From assembly GCA_016715765.1 (NCBI GenBank), contig JADJZJ010000009.1, positions 30,484 through 94,483 on the forward strand: a stretch of 64,000 bases of DNA, in the 5' to 3' direction. Origin of the DNA: Opitutaceae bacterium. Its GTDB lineage: Bacteria; Verrucomicrobiota; Verrucomicrobiia; Opitutales; Opitutaceae. The position numbers and the translations under genes were made by a program. The notes under the pieces are model-generated. The model searched no databases. It was not told where the DNA came from and worked only from the letters and a program-made list of their open reading frames with translations. Shown one piece after another: positions 29,999 to 38,215 of this stretch. The stretch's first letter is position 1. Every line of letters starts with the position of its first letter.

Positions 29999-31892
29999 TT
30001 ACTTCTTTTCCTGGGGAACTTCCGCCGCGGAAATGAAGGGATCCGAGCCATCGCGATAGCCGGGAAGCTCGTCACGACGCAACTGCAACTGCCGCACGCG
30101 GCGGGAATCGAAGACTTCCTCGATCGGGGCGCCCTCGGCATTCACCGTCTTGGCCGTGATGAAGATGATCAGATTGCGCATCTGGTCGTTCTTGGCATCC
30201 GAGCGGAAGAGCCGGCCCAGAATCGGAATGGATCCAAGGACGGGCACCCGGGTCTGGGTGTTCTGAATGGTGTTCTCGATCAGGCCGCCGATACCCATGG
30301 TGTAGCCGTCCTTCAGCGAAACCTGCGTCTTGGTCTTGCGCGTGGTGACGATCGGGATGTTGGCCGTGCCGAAATTGGCATTCTCGCTCGAGCTGCTGAC
30401 TTCGGGCTCGAGGATCAGCTTGATGAAGCCGCGGGAATTCACCTGCGGGGTCACCTTGAGGATGATGCCGATGGGGCGGTAGTCGAAGCCACTGACCTCA
30501 TACGTGCCGCGCTCCGCATTGTAGGTGTACCTCGGGATGGGGAATTCCTTGCCGATGTTGATCTGCGCCTCGGAGTTGTTGAGGGTGACCACGGTCGGGT
30601 TGGAAACGAGCTTGGTATCGTTGGTGGTCTTCAGGGCGGAGAGGATCACGCTGAAATCCGAGGCGGAGAACACCGCCGAGGCCATGCGATTGGTGCTCGA
30701 GGTATTGGTTAGCCCGGCAAGTTGATACAACATTGTTGGTCACCATTCGAGGCGGTGGTTTGACAAATTGTTCGCCAGCTGCTGTTGGTAGAGCGGAATT
30801 GGTCCACCCGTGCTCCCGTGGTTCCCGTGGTGACCGAAGTCTGGCTGACGGGAGGGAACTGCTGGGTGTTACCTGGTGGAACTGATCGGCACAACCTGGA
30901 TAAGTCGTGGTGACCATCCTGAGGGCATCTGTGGTCGGAAAAGGTTGAGCTAAATTACCGGTATTGGTCTGCGTGGTCGAAGTAGCGACCCCGAGTCGGT
31001 GGTGGTCACGCCTTGTTGTTCCATTGCTCGTTGATGCTGGACGTGCCATTTGCGACCGGTTGGTGCTGGAATTGCTGCTCCAACATACTGGATGTGTTGC
31101 TCCTTGGCAGTCGCTGCCGTCGGTCCTCGTCTGGCCGCGGGAGCGATCAAAGGTCTGGCTGAGCCCGCCGGCCGTCAGTTGCATGCCATTGAGCGAAGCC
31201 CAGTTGATGCCGATGTTCTTGATGTCGGCATTGGTGACTTCGACGAACTTCGACTCGATCATCACCTGGTCCGTGGCCTTGTCGAGGGACTCGATGATGG
31301 GACGGATGCGGTTCATCTGCGAAGGCCGCTCGGTGATCACGAGGGCATTGCTGCGTCCATCCACCACGAGCTTGCCGCCCTTGCTGGCATCAACCAGCGA
31401 GTCCAGCGTCGGCTTGATGTCGGCGGCGCGGGCATAATTGAGGATGAAGACCTCGGTGGTCGCGGGTTCCTGCAGGAGGCTCTCGTTGCTGACGACCTTG
31501 ATGATGTTGCCTTCCACGATGTAGGTGAAGTTGACGGGCGAGAGCACCACCTGGAAAATCTGCCGCCAGGAAACATCGCGGAGCTTGATCGAGGTGCGGC
31601 CCTGGAGGGTTTCGGGCACCACCAGGTTGAGCTCGAAGAGGTCGGCCACGTTGCGGAGGATGTTGCGGATGTCCTCGTCGGGGAAGTCCACCGACAGGGT
31701 ATCGGCGCCGGAGGCATCCTTGCCCTTGGTCGCCGAGCCGGCGGCATCAGCGGCATCATCCTTGATGACGACATCGGAGGCCGGCTGGACGGTCGTCGCG
31801 GCCTGCTCGGTCGGATCGGTCTGGCTCCAGGCGCTGGGAGCCAGCAGGAGGGCGACCAGCAGAGCGGACGGGGTGTAGGAATGTGTTCTCAT
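29999..31892 (-). pseudogene. pilQ: type IV pilus/T2SS-family secretin (PilQ-like), frame-disrupted in its central linker as assembled
   Basis: The N-terminal ORF (31892->30498) has a signal peptide and N-domains (…FILNYARAADIKPTLDSLV…NALVITERPSQMNRIRPIIESLD…VMIESKFVEV). The C-terminal ORF (30733->29999), in another frame, carries the secretin core (LVSNPTVVTLNNSEAQINIGKEFPIP…VPVLGSIPILGRLFR). In the C-terminal frame a TGA lies 6 nt upstream of the ATG at 30733. Confidence 0.8.
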
Positions 31893-32416
31893 GATTTCTT
31901 TCCTGGTTTGATGGGCCGGGTAATTTCCTCGCGATTGAGGCGGAGGGTAAAGGTGGTGCGGGTGATGGCGGTGATATCCAGGTTATAGTCGGCACCCTCG
32001 TAGGTGACGGTCAGCCGGTCGCCGATCTTGAGGCGGCGCGAACCAAAGAGGAGGATGGGCTCGCCGCCAATGATTGCGGTGCCCGAGGGCGAGAGCTTGT
32101 CAGCCAATGTTGCCAGCACGCCGCGATCGCCCAAGGGACGCACCGGGGTTCCGGCCGCCGCCGCCGCCGCCGCCGCCGCCTGCTGGGCCTTGACTTCCTC
32201 GGGATCAGGCTGATCGAAACCGGTCGGATTGAACGGGACGACCAAGGTGGCCGGCATTTCCGCCAGGACGCGGGGACTCACGAGCTGGTCCGCCAGCTCC
32301 ACGACTGCCGCCCGCTTTTGCGTCGACACCAGGTCGGATTGCTGGGCAACCAGTGCCGTCTCACCCGCGAGGATGAGGGCCGCCGCCATGCAGAGGGTCG
32401 GGATGGGGATTCTCAT
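31889..32416 (-). CDS. PilP-like pilus assembly protein
   Basis: 175 aa with a signal/lipoprotein-like N-terminus. It lies between the pilO-like gene and pilQ, with ATGA overlaps on both sides. The C-terminal beta-rich segment reads ILLFGSRRLKIGDRLTVTYEGADYNLDITAI. The call rests on position and architecture. Confidence 0.55.
   Translation of the reverse strand: MRIPIPTLCMAAALILAGETALVAQQSDLVSTQKRAAVVELADQLVSPRVLAEMPATLVVPFNPTGFDQPDPEEVKAQQAAAAAAAAAGTPVRPLGDRGVLATLADKLSPSGTAIIGGEPILLFGSRRLKIGDRLTVTYEGADYNLDITAITRTTFTLRLNREEITRPIKPGKKS
32154..32180. repeat. (GCC)9 trinucleotide microsatellite inside the PilP-like gene (encodes Ala9)
   Basis: A perfect 27-nt GCC run, read on the minus strand as the GCG codons of …QQAAAAAAAAAGTP…. 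Confidence 0.9.
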
Positions 32417-32988
32417 GGCACTCCGAGCAGTTCAAGGTTGAGGGTGATCTTGGAGGCGTCCGAACGCAGCCCGCCGACACCGGCTCCCTGATCAAAAGGC
32501 ACCACATTGGCCGATTTCACGCGACAGTAGTGCGAGCCGCTTTCCAAACGGCGGAGGAAATCGAAGAGCAGGGGGTAATCCCCCTGGACAGTCAGGGTGA
32601 AACCCACCGGGATTTTCCCCGTCTTGGCGGCCCGGCCAGGTTCGGTGGTCTGGCGCAAGTCGAGGAACTTGACCCCGGTCTCGGCTTCGAGCTTGTAAAA
32701 GTACTGCAGGTTATCGGCCAGCTGGCCGACCCGCACCAGCCGGCTGTTCGCTTCCTTGCTCGCCGCGGTGACCCGCGCGAGCTGTTCGGGCAATTGCGCG
32801 GAATTCTTGATGTTGGCGGACAGCCGCTTGCCTTCCGCGGTCTTTTCCTCGAGCTGCTGGCTGGCATCGGTGATCGCGCCGCTGCGATAATAAAGCGCAC
32901 CGGCCATGGCCAGGCAGAGGATGACCGCCACCGTGACCACGGGGTTCTTCTTGAAAAGCGCGACGACCTGTTCGTTCGAAATGGCCAT
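32413..32988 (-). CDS. pilO: PilO-like pilus assembly protein
   Basis: 191 aa: a single N-terminal TM (VVTVAVILCLAMAGALY), a coiled coil, then a ferredoxin-like C-terminus (…FTLTVQGDYPLLFDFLRRLESG…). It occupies the pilO position in the pilMNOPQ order. Confidence 0.65.
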   Translation of the reverse strand: MAISNEQVVALFKKNPVVTVAVILCLAMAGALYYRSGAITDASQQLEEKTAEGKRLSANIKNSAQLPEQLARVTAASKEANSRLVRVGQLADNLQYFYKLEAETGVKFLDLRQTTEPGRAAKTGKIPVGFTLTVQGDYPLLFDFLRRLESGSHYCRVKSANVVPFDQGAGVGGLRSDASKITLNLELLGVP

Positions 32989-32992
32989 GGGA

Positions 32993-33616
32993 TTACTTTT
33001 TCGCCGCTCCCTTCAGCTTGAGTTCGATTTCAATCGCCAGCCGGCCGGTAATGGGGATGCGGTTCAGGTTTTTCAGCACCACATCATCAATCTTGAGCAC
33101 CAGCACCGGATCGACCCGCAGTTGCTCCACATAGGTGGAGGCGTAGCCGCTCGCCATATCGGGAGCCCCGCGCACCGTGCCGCGCAGGATCAGGATGTTT
33201 TCCCGCAAATCAAAATAATCCAGGGCCACGTTCGCGGGCAGGGTCTGGCCGATGCGCAGCAGCAGGTCCGAGACGATCGGACGGGACTTGATGAAGGCGT
33301 CCACCTCGTTCAACTGCGCCTCCTCGGCCTTGAACTTGGTGAACAGGCTCACCGCCTTGTCGCTCGCCGGCTTGTCGCGGACTATCTGGGCCTCCACCTC
33401 CTCGATCTGCGAGTTGACGGCATGGAGATTCAATTCCCGGTTGCCCGTGTAGACCAGCAGCACCAGGGCCACCGCTATGGCGCCGCCGTTGACGAAGAAG
33501 GTCGTGCGCACGACCTTGGTATCCGGCAACCGCTCGAAATTGCGGAAGTTCGGATGCCAGGCCGGTGTCAGGTTGGCCGCGGCGGCGTCAGGCTTTTTTT
33601 TCAGCAGCGACAGCAT
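32993..33616 (-). CDS. pilN: PilN-like pilus assembly protein
   Basis: 207 aa: a short cytoplasmic N-terminus, a TM (GGAIAVALVLLVYTG), a coiled coil, and then …LILRGTVRG…. It overlaps the 3' end of pilM. Confidence 0.65.
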   Translation of the reverse strand: MLSLLKKKPDAAAANLTPAWHPNFRNFERLPDTKVVRTTFFVNGGAIAVALVLLVYTGNRELNLHAVNSQIEEVEAQIVRDKPASDKAVSLFTKFKAEEAQLNEVDAFIKSRPIVSDLLLRIGQTLPANVALDYFDLRENILILRGTVRGAPDMASGYASTYVEQLRVDPVLVLKIDDVVLKNLNRIPITGRLAIEIELKLKGAAKK

Positions 33617-34652
33617 TGGCAGCGGGGTTGGCGGTTTCGTGACGAACCATCAGGGAAAGCAGTCCGAACCAGCGCTGGTCGAGCACCGGCTTGGCCGCTT
33701 CGGAAACGGTGATGCCGTGGGACTCGAGCCACGGGGCGACATCCAGCTTGAGCGGGCTGATGCCCAGCTCCTTGGCAATGGTGACATCCAGCCAGCCCAG
33801 CTTGGCCGGGATGATGGAAGATATCAGCAGGCCCACGGACTGGCCGGTCTGAACCTCGTAAAAACCGATCGAGGACTGCAATTCCTTCAGCAGTTTCTTG
33901 ATGAGCAGCGGTCCCATGCCGGTGAAATCGAAGGTATTCGAATAGAAAAGCTTCCGGGCCGATTCCTCATCCTTCAATCCGAGTTCCTTCTGCACGACCG
34001 GGATCATGGATTCGAGCCCCTGCGGGATGGGCCGGGTGGCCTCCACGCCCACGCTGCTGACAATGAAGGAATTGGTCGATTCCGCACCGACTTCCAGCAC
34101 CAGGGTCGGGGTCTTGGATTTGATGAAATTCAGGTAGTTGACCAGGCCGCCCAAGGTCGAGATGGTGCCCAGTTCAAGTCGCTCCGGGTAAATGCCATTG
34201 GCCAGCAGGGCGTCCTGCGAGGAAATGATTTCCTCCGAGAGCATGCCGGCGAACAACGCTTCCTTCTGGGAGGCACCCTTGCTGACATCATAATCGGTGC
34301 CATCGGGGGCGTTCAGCACCATCGTGACGGCCTTGTCCGGTTCGACGCGGAACTGCTGGGTGAGAATTTCGCCGAAATAGGCCGGCTCCTTGAGCCGTTT
34401 CGGATCGAGCGTGATGCGGCGCAGGAACCGGCGTGAGGTGTAAACCCCGCAACTGGCGTGCACGTAACCGCTGGAAGACTTCTTGGGTTGCAGCTGTTTG
34501 AGCGCTTCCGCCAGGGCCGCCCCGTCGCCCGGAGTGCACTCCCGCACTTCCTCAATCACCAACGACCCGGTCGCAGCCGAGGTACGGGCCAGCATGAGCG
34601 CATGGTCGGTTTGTTCGACGAAATACCCTTTCGGCTTTGCTGAAAAGAGCAT
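33588..34652 (-). CDS. pilM: PilM-like actin-fold pilus assembly ATPase-like protein
   Basis: From ATG 34652 (MLFSAKPKGYFVEQTDHALMLAR…), 354 aa with an actin/HSP70-like fold pattern (…LVLEVGAESTNSFIVS…). It is the first gene of the pilMNOPQ-order operon. Confidence 0.75.
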   Translation of the reverse strand: MLFSAKPKGYFVEQTDHALMLARTSAATGSLVIEEVRECTPGDGAALAEALKQLQPKKSSSGYVHASCGVYTSRRFLRRITLDPKRLKEPAYFGEILTQQFRVEPDKAVTMVLNAPDGTDYDVSKGASQKEALFAGMLSEEIISSQDALLANGIYPERLELGTISTLGGLVNYLNFIKSKTPTLVLEVGAESTNSFIVSSVGVEATRPIPQGLESMIPVVQKELGLKDEESARKLFYSNTFDFTGMGPLLIKKLLKELQSSIGFYEVQTGQSVGLLISSIIPAKLGWLDVTIAKELGISPLKLDVAPWLESHGITVSEAAKPVLDQRWFGLLSLMVRHETANPAANAVAAEKKA

Positions 34653-34856
34653 GCTTCGGTGGGCGCGGTTTGCGGTTGGTTGTGGTGGTAGTCTGCCCGA
34701 TTTGCAACGGTGGCAGTCCCGAGGCAAAACGGCTGAGGGGCGTTAAGGACTTTTCTTAATGCAGTAGCTTGGCTGCTATGACAAGATAAAATCCGCCATT
34801 AACCCCTAGACTGCCGCCATTTACCTTTTCTTGATTTTGCCACCCGGGATGGACCA

Positions 34857-34885
34857 CAAAAAAACCCGCCGGAAAACGGCGGGTG
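34857..34885 (-). terminator. rho-independent terminator downstream of the bS22-like gene
   Basis: The minus-strand RNA is ACCCGCCG-uuuuc-CGGCGGGU followed by UUUUUUUG. Confidence 0.8.
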
Positions 34886-34925
34886 AGATTGTGCGCAAAA
34901 ACGCGCGGCGGGAACGATGCCCGGA

Positions 34926-35027
34926 TTATTTCTGCCAAGTGCGCTTTTTGTGCCGGTTAGCCTTGAGGCGCTTGCGGCGCTTGTGCTTCGACATCTTCAG
35001 ACGACGTTTCTTTTTCAGATTACCCAT
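34926..35027 (-). CDS. 33-aa highly basic protein resembling ribosomal protein bS22 (AURKAIP1/COX24-domain type)
   Basis: [33 protein letters not shown] from ATG 35027. It resembles the mycobacterial bS22 pattern MGS.IKKRRKRM.KKKHRKLL….R as I remember it. The gene has its own terminator. The track ORF (62 aa) starts further upstream. Confidence 0.7.
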   Translation of the reverse strand: MGNLKKKRRLKMSKHKRRKRLKANRHKKRTWQK

Positions 35028-35089
35028 GGTGTAAAAATAATGGTGAAGGCGCAACGTGCTTGGCCGGCGCACCGCTGTAAAGCCCGAAT

Positions 35090-38000
35090 TTACCCCGCGG
35101 GGATCTGACGCCATCCGCCGACCACCGTGGAATAAACCAACTGGCGCACGGCACAGCCGGGAAACAGCAGGGTCAGACAGGAACCGTAGGCGCGAAGCTG
35201 CGGGGCATACTCGTCGGCCAGTCGCGCCAGCAAAGTCCCGTCATCCTCCCCTGCCCGCCGGCGATTGGTCTTCCAGTCCACCACCCACACGGCCTGCCCC
35301 GCCGGATCATGCAGCACGAGATCCATCACGCCATCTATCCATGCGTCCGGCCGCAGGGGGGCAAAAACCCCTACTTCCGTCTGGCGCACCCATTGTTCTC
35401 CCCGCAGTTCGCGCCAGACCGCACTGCGGCCCAACCGCATCCATTCCGCTTCGGCCCGCGGACCAAACCCAAGCGCCGCCGCCGCCAATACCGCCTCCCG
35501 GCCGTAGTCGGCCACGGTGCGGTCATCCGCCGTCCAGGGCAGAAACTCCATCGTCTCATGCCACCAAAGTCCGTAGTCGATCGCATCCTCCGAACCCGCA
35601 CCGGAGAGGGGCTCATCCCAGCCGGACTCATGGCGCGCGGCGCGGGCGAGGTCGGGCACATGGGCAAGTTGGTGCGGCAACAAGCGGTCCGGTAATCCGG
35701 CCGCCGCCAAATCGGAGGCGGCAGCGGGAGCCACCGCGGGAGATGTTTCGCGTGCCGGTTGCATGGGGGCCGGTGCGATCAGGTCTGTTCCGTTCAATTC
35801 CGGCAGGGCGGCGAGCTCGGCACCCCATAATGCCGCAAAACTCGGACTCTCCCGCTGCGGGCCGCCAAAACCGTCCACCCAAGGCACCACCAGCGTCCGG
35901 CGGGCCCGGGTCAGCGTCACGTAGAGCAAACGCGTCAACTCCCGCACGCGCTCGCGGTCCCGGGCCTCGCGAGTGTCGGCCGGGATGCTCGCCGTGTCGA
36001 AGAACACCTGCAGCCCGGTGGCCGAGCCGTTCACGAGCTTCAAGCCCGCCTCGGGCGGCTTCCCGATGCCGCGCCATAACCCGGGCACAATCACGACCGG
36101 CCATTCCAATCCCTTGGCCGAATGGGCGGTGAGCAGGTTGATCGCCTCCTCCGTCGGTTTCCCCGCGGGACGGCCGTCATCAAGGTGGGCCAGCAACTCG
36201 GCGAGCCATTGCCGCGGCCCGGCGCCCTGCAGTCCGAGTTCCGCCGCCTGCGCGAGCAGCCGGTCCAGTTCTCCGACCAGTCCGCCGGTGGCGTCGAGCA
36301 GGCGCGCCTTCCGCTCCAGTTCCGCCGCGGCGGCCAGTTCTCGGGCAAAATCCCCCAGCGCCTGGCCCTCGTCATTCGTGCGCAGCACGAAGGGGCGCAC
36401 CATCTCCAGCGCGGAGGCCAGCGGCGCCGCATGGACCGACGGCTCGTCCCAGGCCAGCCGGCCCAGGCGGCGCAATTCCGCGGCGATCAAGCCGTCGCTG
36501 ACCGCGAAGACCTCGCGCAGCACGCCGACCCACTCGAAGGTGTTTTCCGGATCCGCGCACACGGCCAGCAACCCCGTCATCCAGGCATAGGCCGGATGAT
36601 CCCCGGCGCGATTGCGCCGGGTCTGCAACGCCACCCGCAGTCCCTCGCGCTCGAACGCCTTGCGTACCGTCGACAGCCATTCATTCCGCGGCGCCAGCAC
36701 CGCCACCTCGCCCCAGGTCCGCACCCCCAACGCCGCGGGGCTGTGCGCGTGCAGCCACCGGGCGATCTGCCGCGACTCTTCCGCGAGCCACGTTTCCACC
36801 CCGCCCGGCGAAGCGTCGGGCGGCACCAGCGGCAGGCGCAGGGCGGCACCGGCCTCGTTGGCGGGTCCGGCCACGAGCGGCACATAGGGCACCTGCAGGA
36901 ACGGCGGCGGCGCGTCTTCCGCCGGCGGGAGACCGAAGTTTTCCGGACGCTCGGGGCCGAAAGCCGGCGGCAGCGTTGCATTGAGCAGATTGATCACCGC
37001 CTGCGGCGCCCGGAACGTCACCTGGAACTCCAGCAATTCGCCGCCGTTGCCCGCCCGGAACGCCTCCACGTGCTTCGAAAAATTCCCGATGTCGGCCCGG
37101 GTGCTGTAAATCGCCTGCTGCCCGTCGCCCACCATGCAGAAATGCCCCGGCCGCGGACCCGCCCCGCCGCTTCCCGGCCAGCTGCCGCGCTCCGAACCCG
37201 GCGCCCGCGCGAGCTCGACCAGCACCGCGAATTGCTGCGGATCGGTATCCTGCGCCTCATCCAGCAGGATGCGCCAGCCTTCCGCCCGCATGCGATCAAG
37301 CAGCGTCCCGTCGCGCAGCACCGCCATCGCCGCGTCGATCTGGTCCGCGTAGGTCTGCACTCCGCGGGCAAAACGCCACACGCGGTAGCGTTCCGCCAGT
37401 TCTCCCGCGAGCGCCGCGGCCGCCGCTGCCAGCCAGCGCTTGAGCGGCGCCATCCAGGCGCGGGCCAGCTCGACCATCGCCCGGGCCGAACCCGACGGTT
37501 CGAAGAGAGGCAGGAAACCACGGCCCTCCATCCAGTTTTGCCGCCAGACTTTTGCGCGCTGCTGGCTGAGGAGGATGTTTTTGCCTCCGCTGCCCTTCAC
37601 CGGCACCGCCAGCAATTGCTCGAGCACGGCTTCCGCGGGCGCCGGAGGCGGACCGGCGGGGCGACGCTGCCGCAGGGTGCTCGCCGTGGCGGCGTCAATC
37701 TGCCGCGCGAGATCGAAGATCACCGCCAGTGAAACGTGCCGGAGGAACGCCGACAGTTCGTCCGCTCCGAGCACCGCGAAGGTCATGGGATCCTGCTCGA
37801 CGAACTCCTCCCAGAGCGCCTCGTCATCCTCCGCAACCACGGTCGGATTGAGATTGATGCCCACAGTCTGGCCGTAGGTGCGCGCCAGTTTCAGGCAGAA
37901 GCTGTGGATCGTGCCGAAAAACGCCGTCTCCAGCTGGTCCAGCGGGGAGAGATCGGTCGCGCCCGCGGCGGCCAGTTGCTGGAGCAGCACCTGCCGGGCG

Positions 38001-38215
38001 CGCTGTTCGATCTGGGCCGCGGCTTTCTTGGTGTAGGTGACCACGGCCGTCTTGCGCAGCCGCGCCGCGCCCCCCGGCGCCAGGGCCATCGCGGCCAGGC
38101 GCTGCGAGATCGCCGTGGTCTTGCCCGAGCCCGCGTTGGCGCTCACGGCGAAATTCGCATCCCATTCCTCGCGGAACCGCGTGCGCGCCACGACATCGGA
38201 CAGCGGCTTATTCAT
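35090..38215 (-). CDS. addA: AddA-like UvrD-family helicase / PD-(D/E)XK nuclease
   Basis: From ATG 38215 ([36 protein letters not shown]…). It has a Walker A motif, UvrD motifs (LLDEAQDT, …[13 protein letters not shown]) and a C-terminal nuclease motif (…VMDLVLHD…VWVVDWKTN). It follows addB after a 4-nt gap. Confidence 0.85.
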   Translation of the reverse strand: MNKPLSDVVARTRFREEWDANFAVSANAGSGKTTAISQRLAAMALAPGGAARLRKTAVVTYTKKAAAQIEQRARQVLLQQLAAAGATDLSPLDQLETAFFGTIHSFCLKLARTYGQTVGINLNPTVVAEDDEALWEEFVEQDPMTFAVLGADELSAFLRHVSLAVIFDLARQIDAATASTLRQRRPAGPPPAPAEAVLEQLLAVPVKGSGGKNILLSQQRAKVWRQNWMEGRGFLPLFEPSGSARAMVELARAWMAPLKRWLAAAAAALAGELAERYRVWRFARGVQTYADQIDAAMAVLRDGTLLDRMRAEGWRILLDEAQDTDPQQFAVLVELARAPGSERGSWPGSGGAGPRPGHFCMVGDGQQAIYSTRADIGNFSKHVEAFRAGNGGELLEFQVTFRAPQAVINLLNATLPPAFGPERPENFGLPPAEDAPPPFLQVPYVPLVAGPANEAGAALRLPLVPPDASPGGVETWLAEESRQIARWLHAHSPAALGVRTWGEVAVLAPRNEWLSTVRKAFEREGLRVALQTRRNRAGDHPAYAWMTGLLAVCADPENTFEWVGVLREVFAVSDGLIAAELRRLGRLAWDEPSVHAAPLASALEMVRPFVLRTNDEGQALGDFARELAAAAELERKARLLDATGGLVGELDRLLAQAAELGLQGAGPRQWLAELLAHLDDGRPAGKPTEEAINLLTAHSAKGLEWPVVIVPGLWRGIGKPPEAGLKLVNGSATGLQVFFDTASIPADTREARDRERVRELTRLLYVTLTRARRTLVVPWVDGFGGPQRESPSFAALWGAELAALPELNGTDLIAPAPMQPARETSPAVAPAAASDLAAAGLPDRLLPHQLAHVPDLARAARHESGWDEPLSGAGSEDAIDYGLWWHETMEFLPWTADDRTVADYGREAVLAAAALGFGPRAEAEWMRLGRSAVWRELRGEQWVRQTEVGVFAPLRPDAWIDGVMDLVLHDPAGQAVWVVDWKTNRRRAGEDDGTLLARLADEYAPQLRAYGSCLTLLFPGCAVRQLVYSTVVGGWRQIPAG

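Noticed and set aside
35056-37732. Plus-strand ORFs (35056-36132 and 36122-37732), considered as possible genes or as part of a defence island with the nuclease genes.
   Set aside because: They are antisense to the AddA helicase-nuclease and give Arg/Pro-rich nonsense translations. AddAB is a housekeeping recombination system, and no neighbouring defence-type genes are visible.
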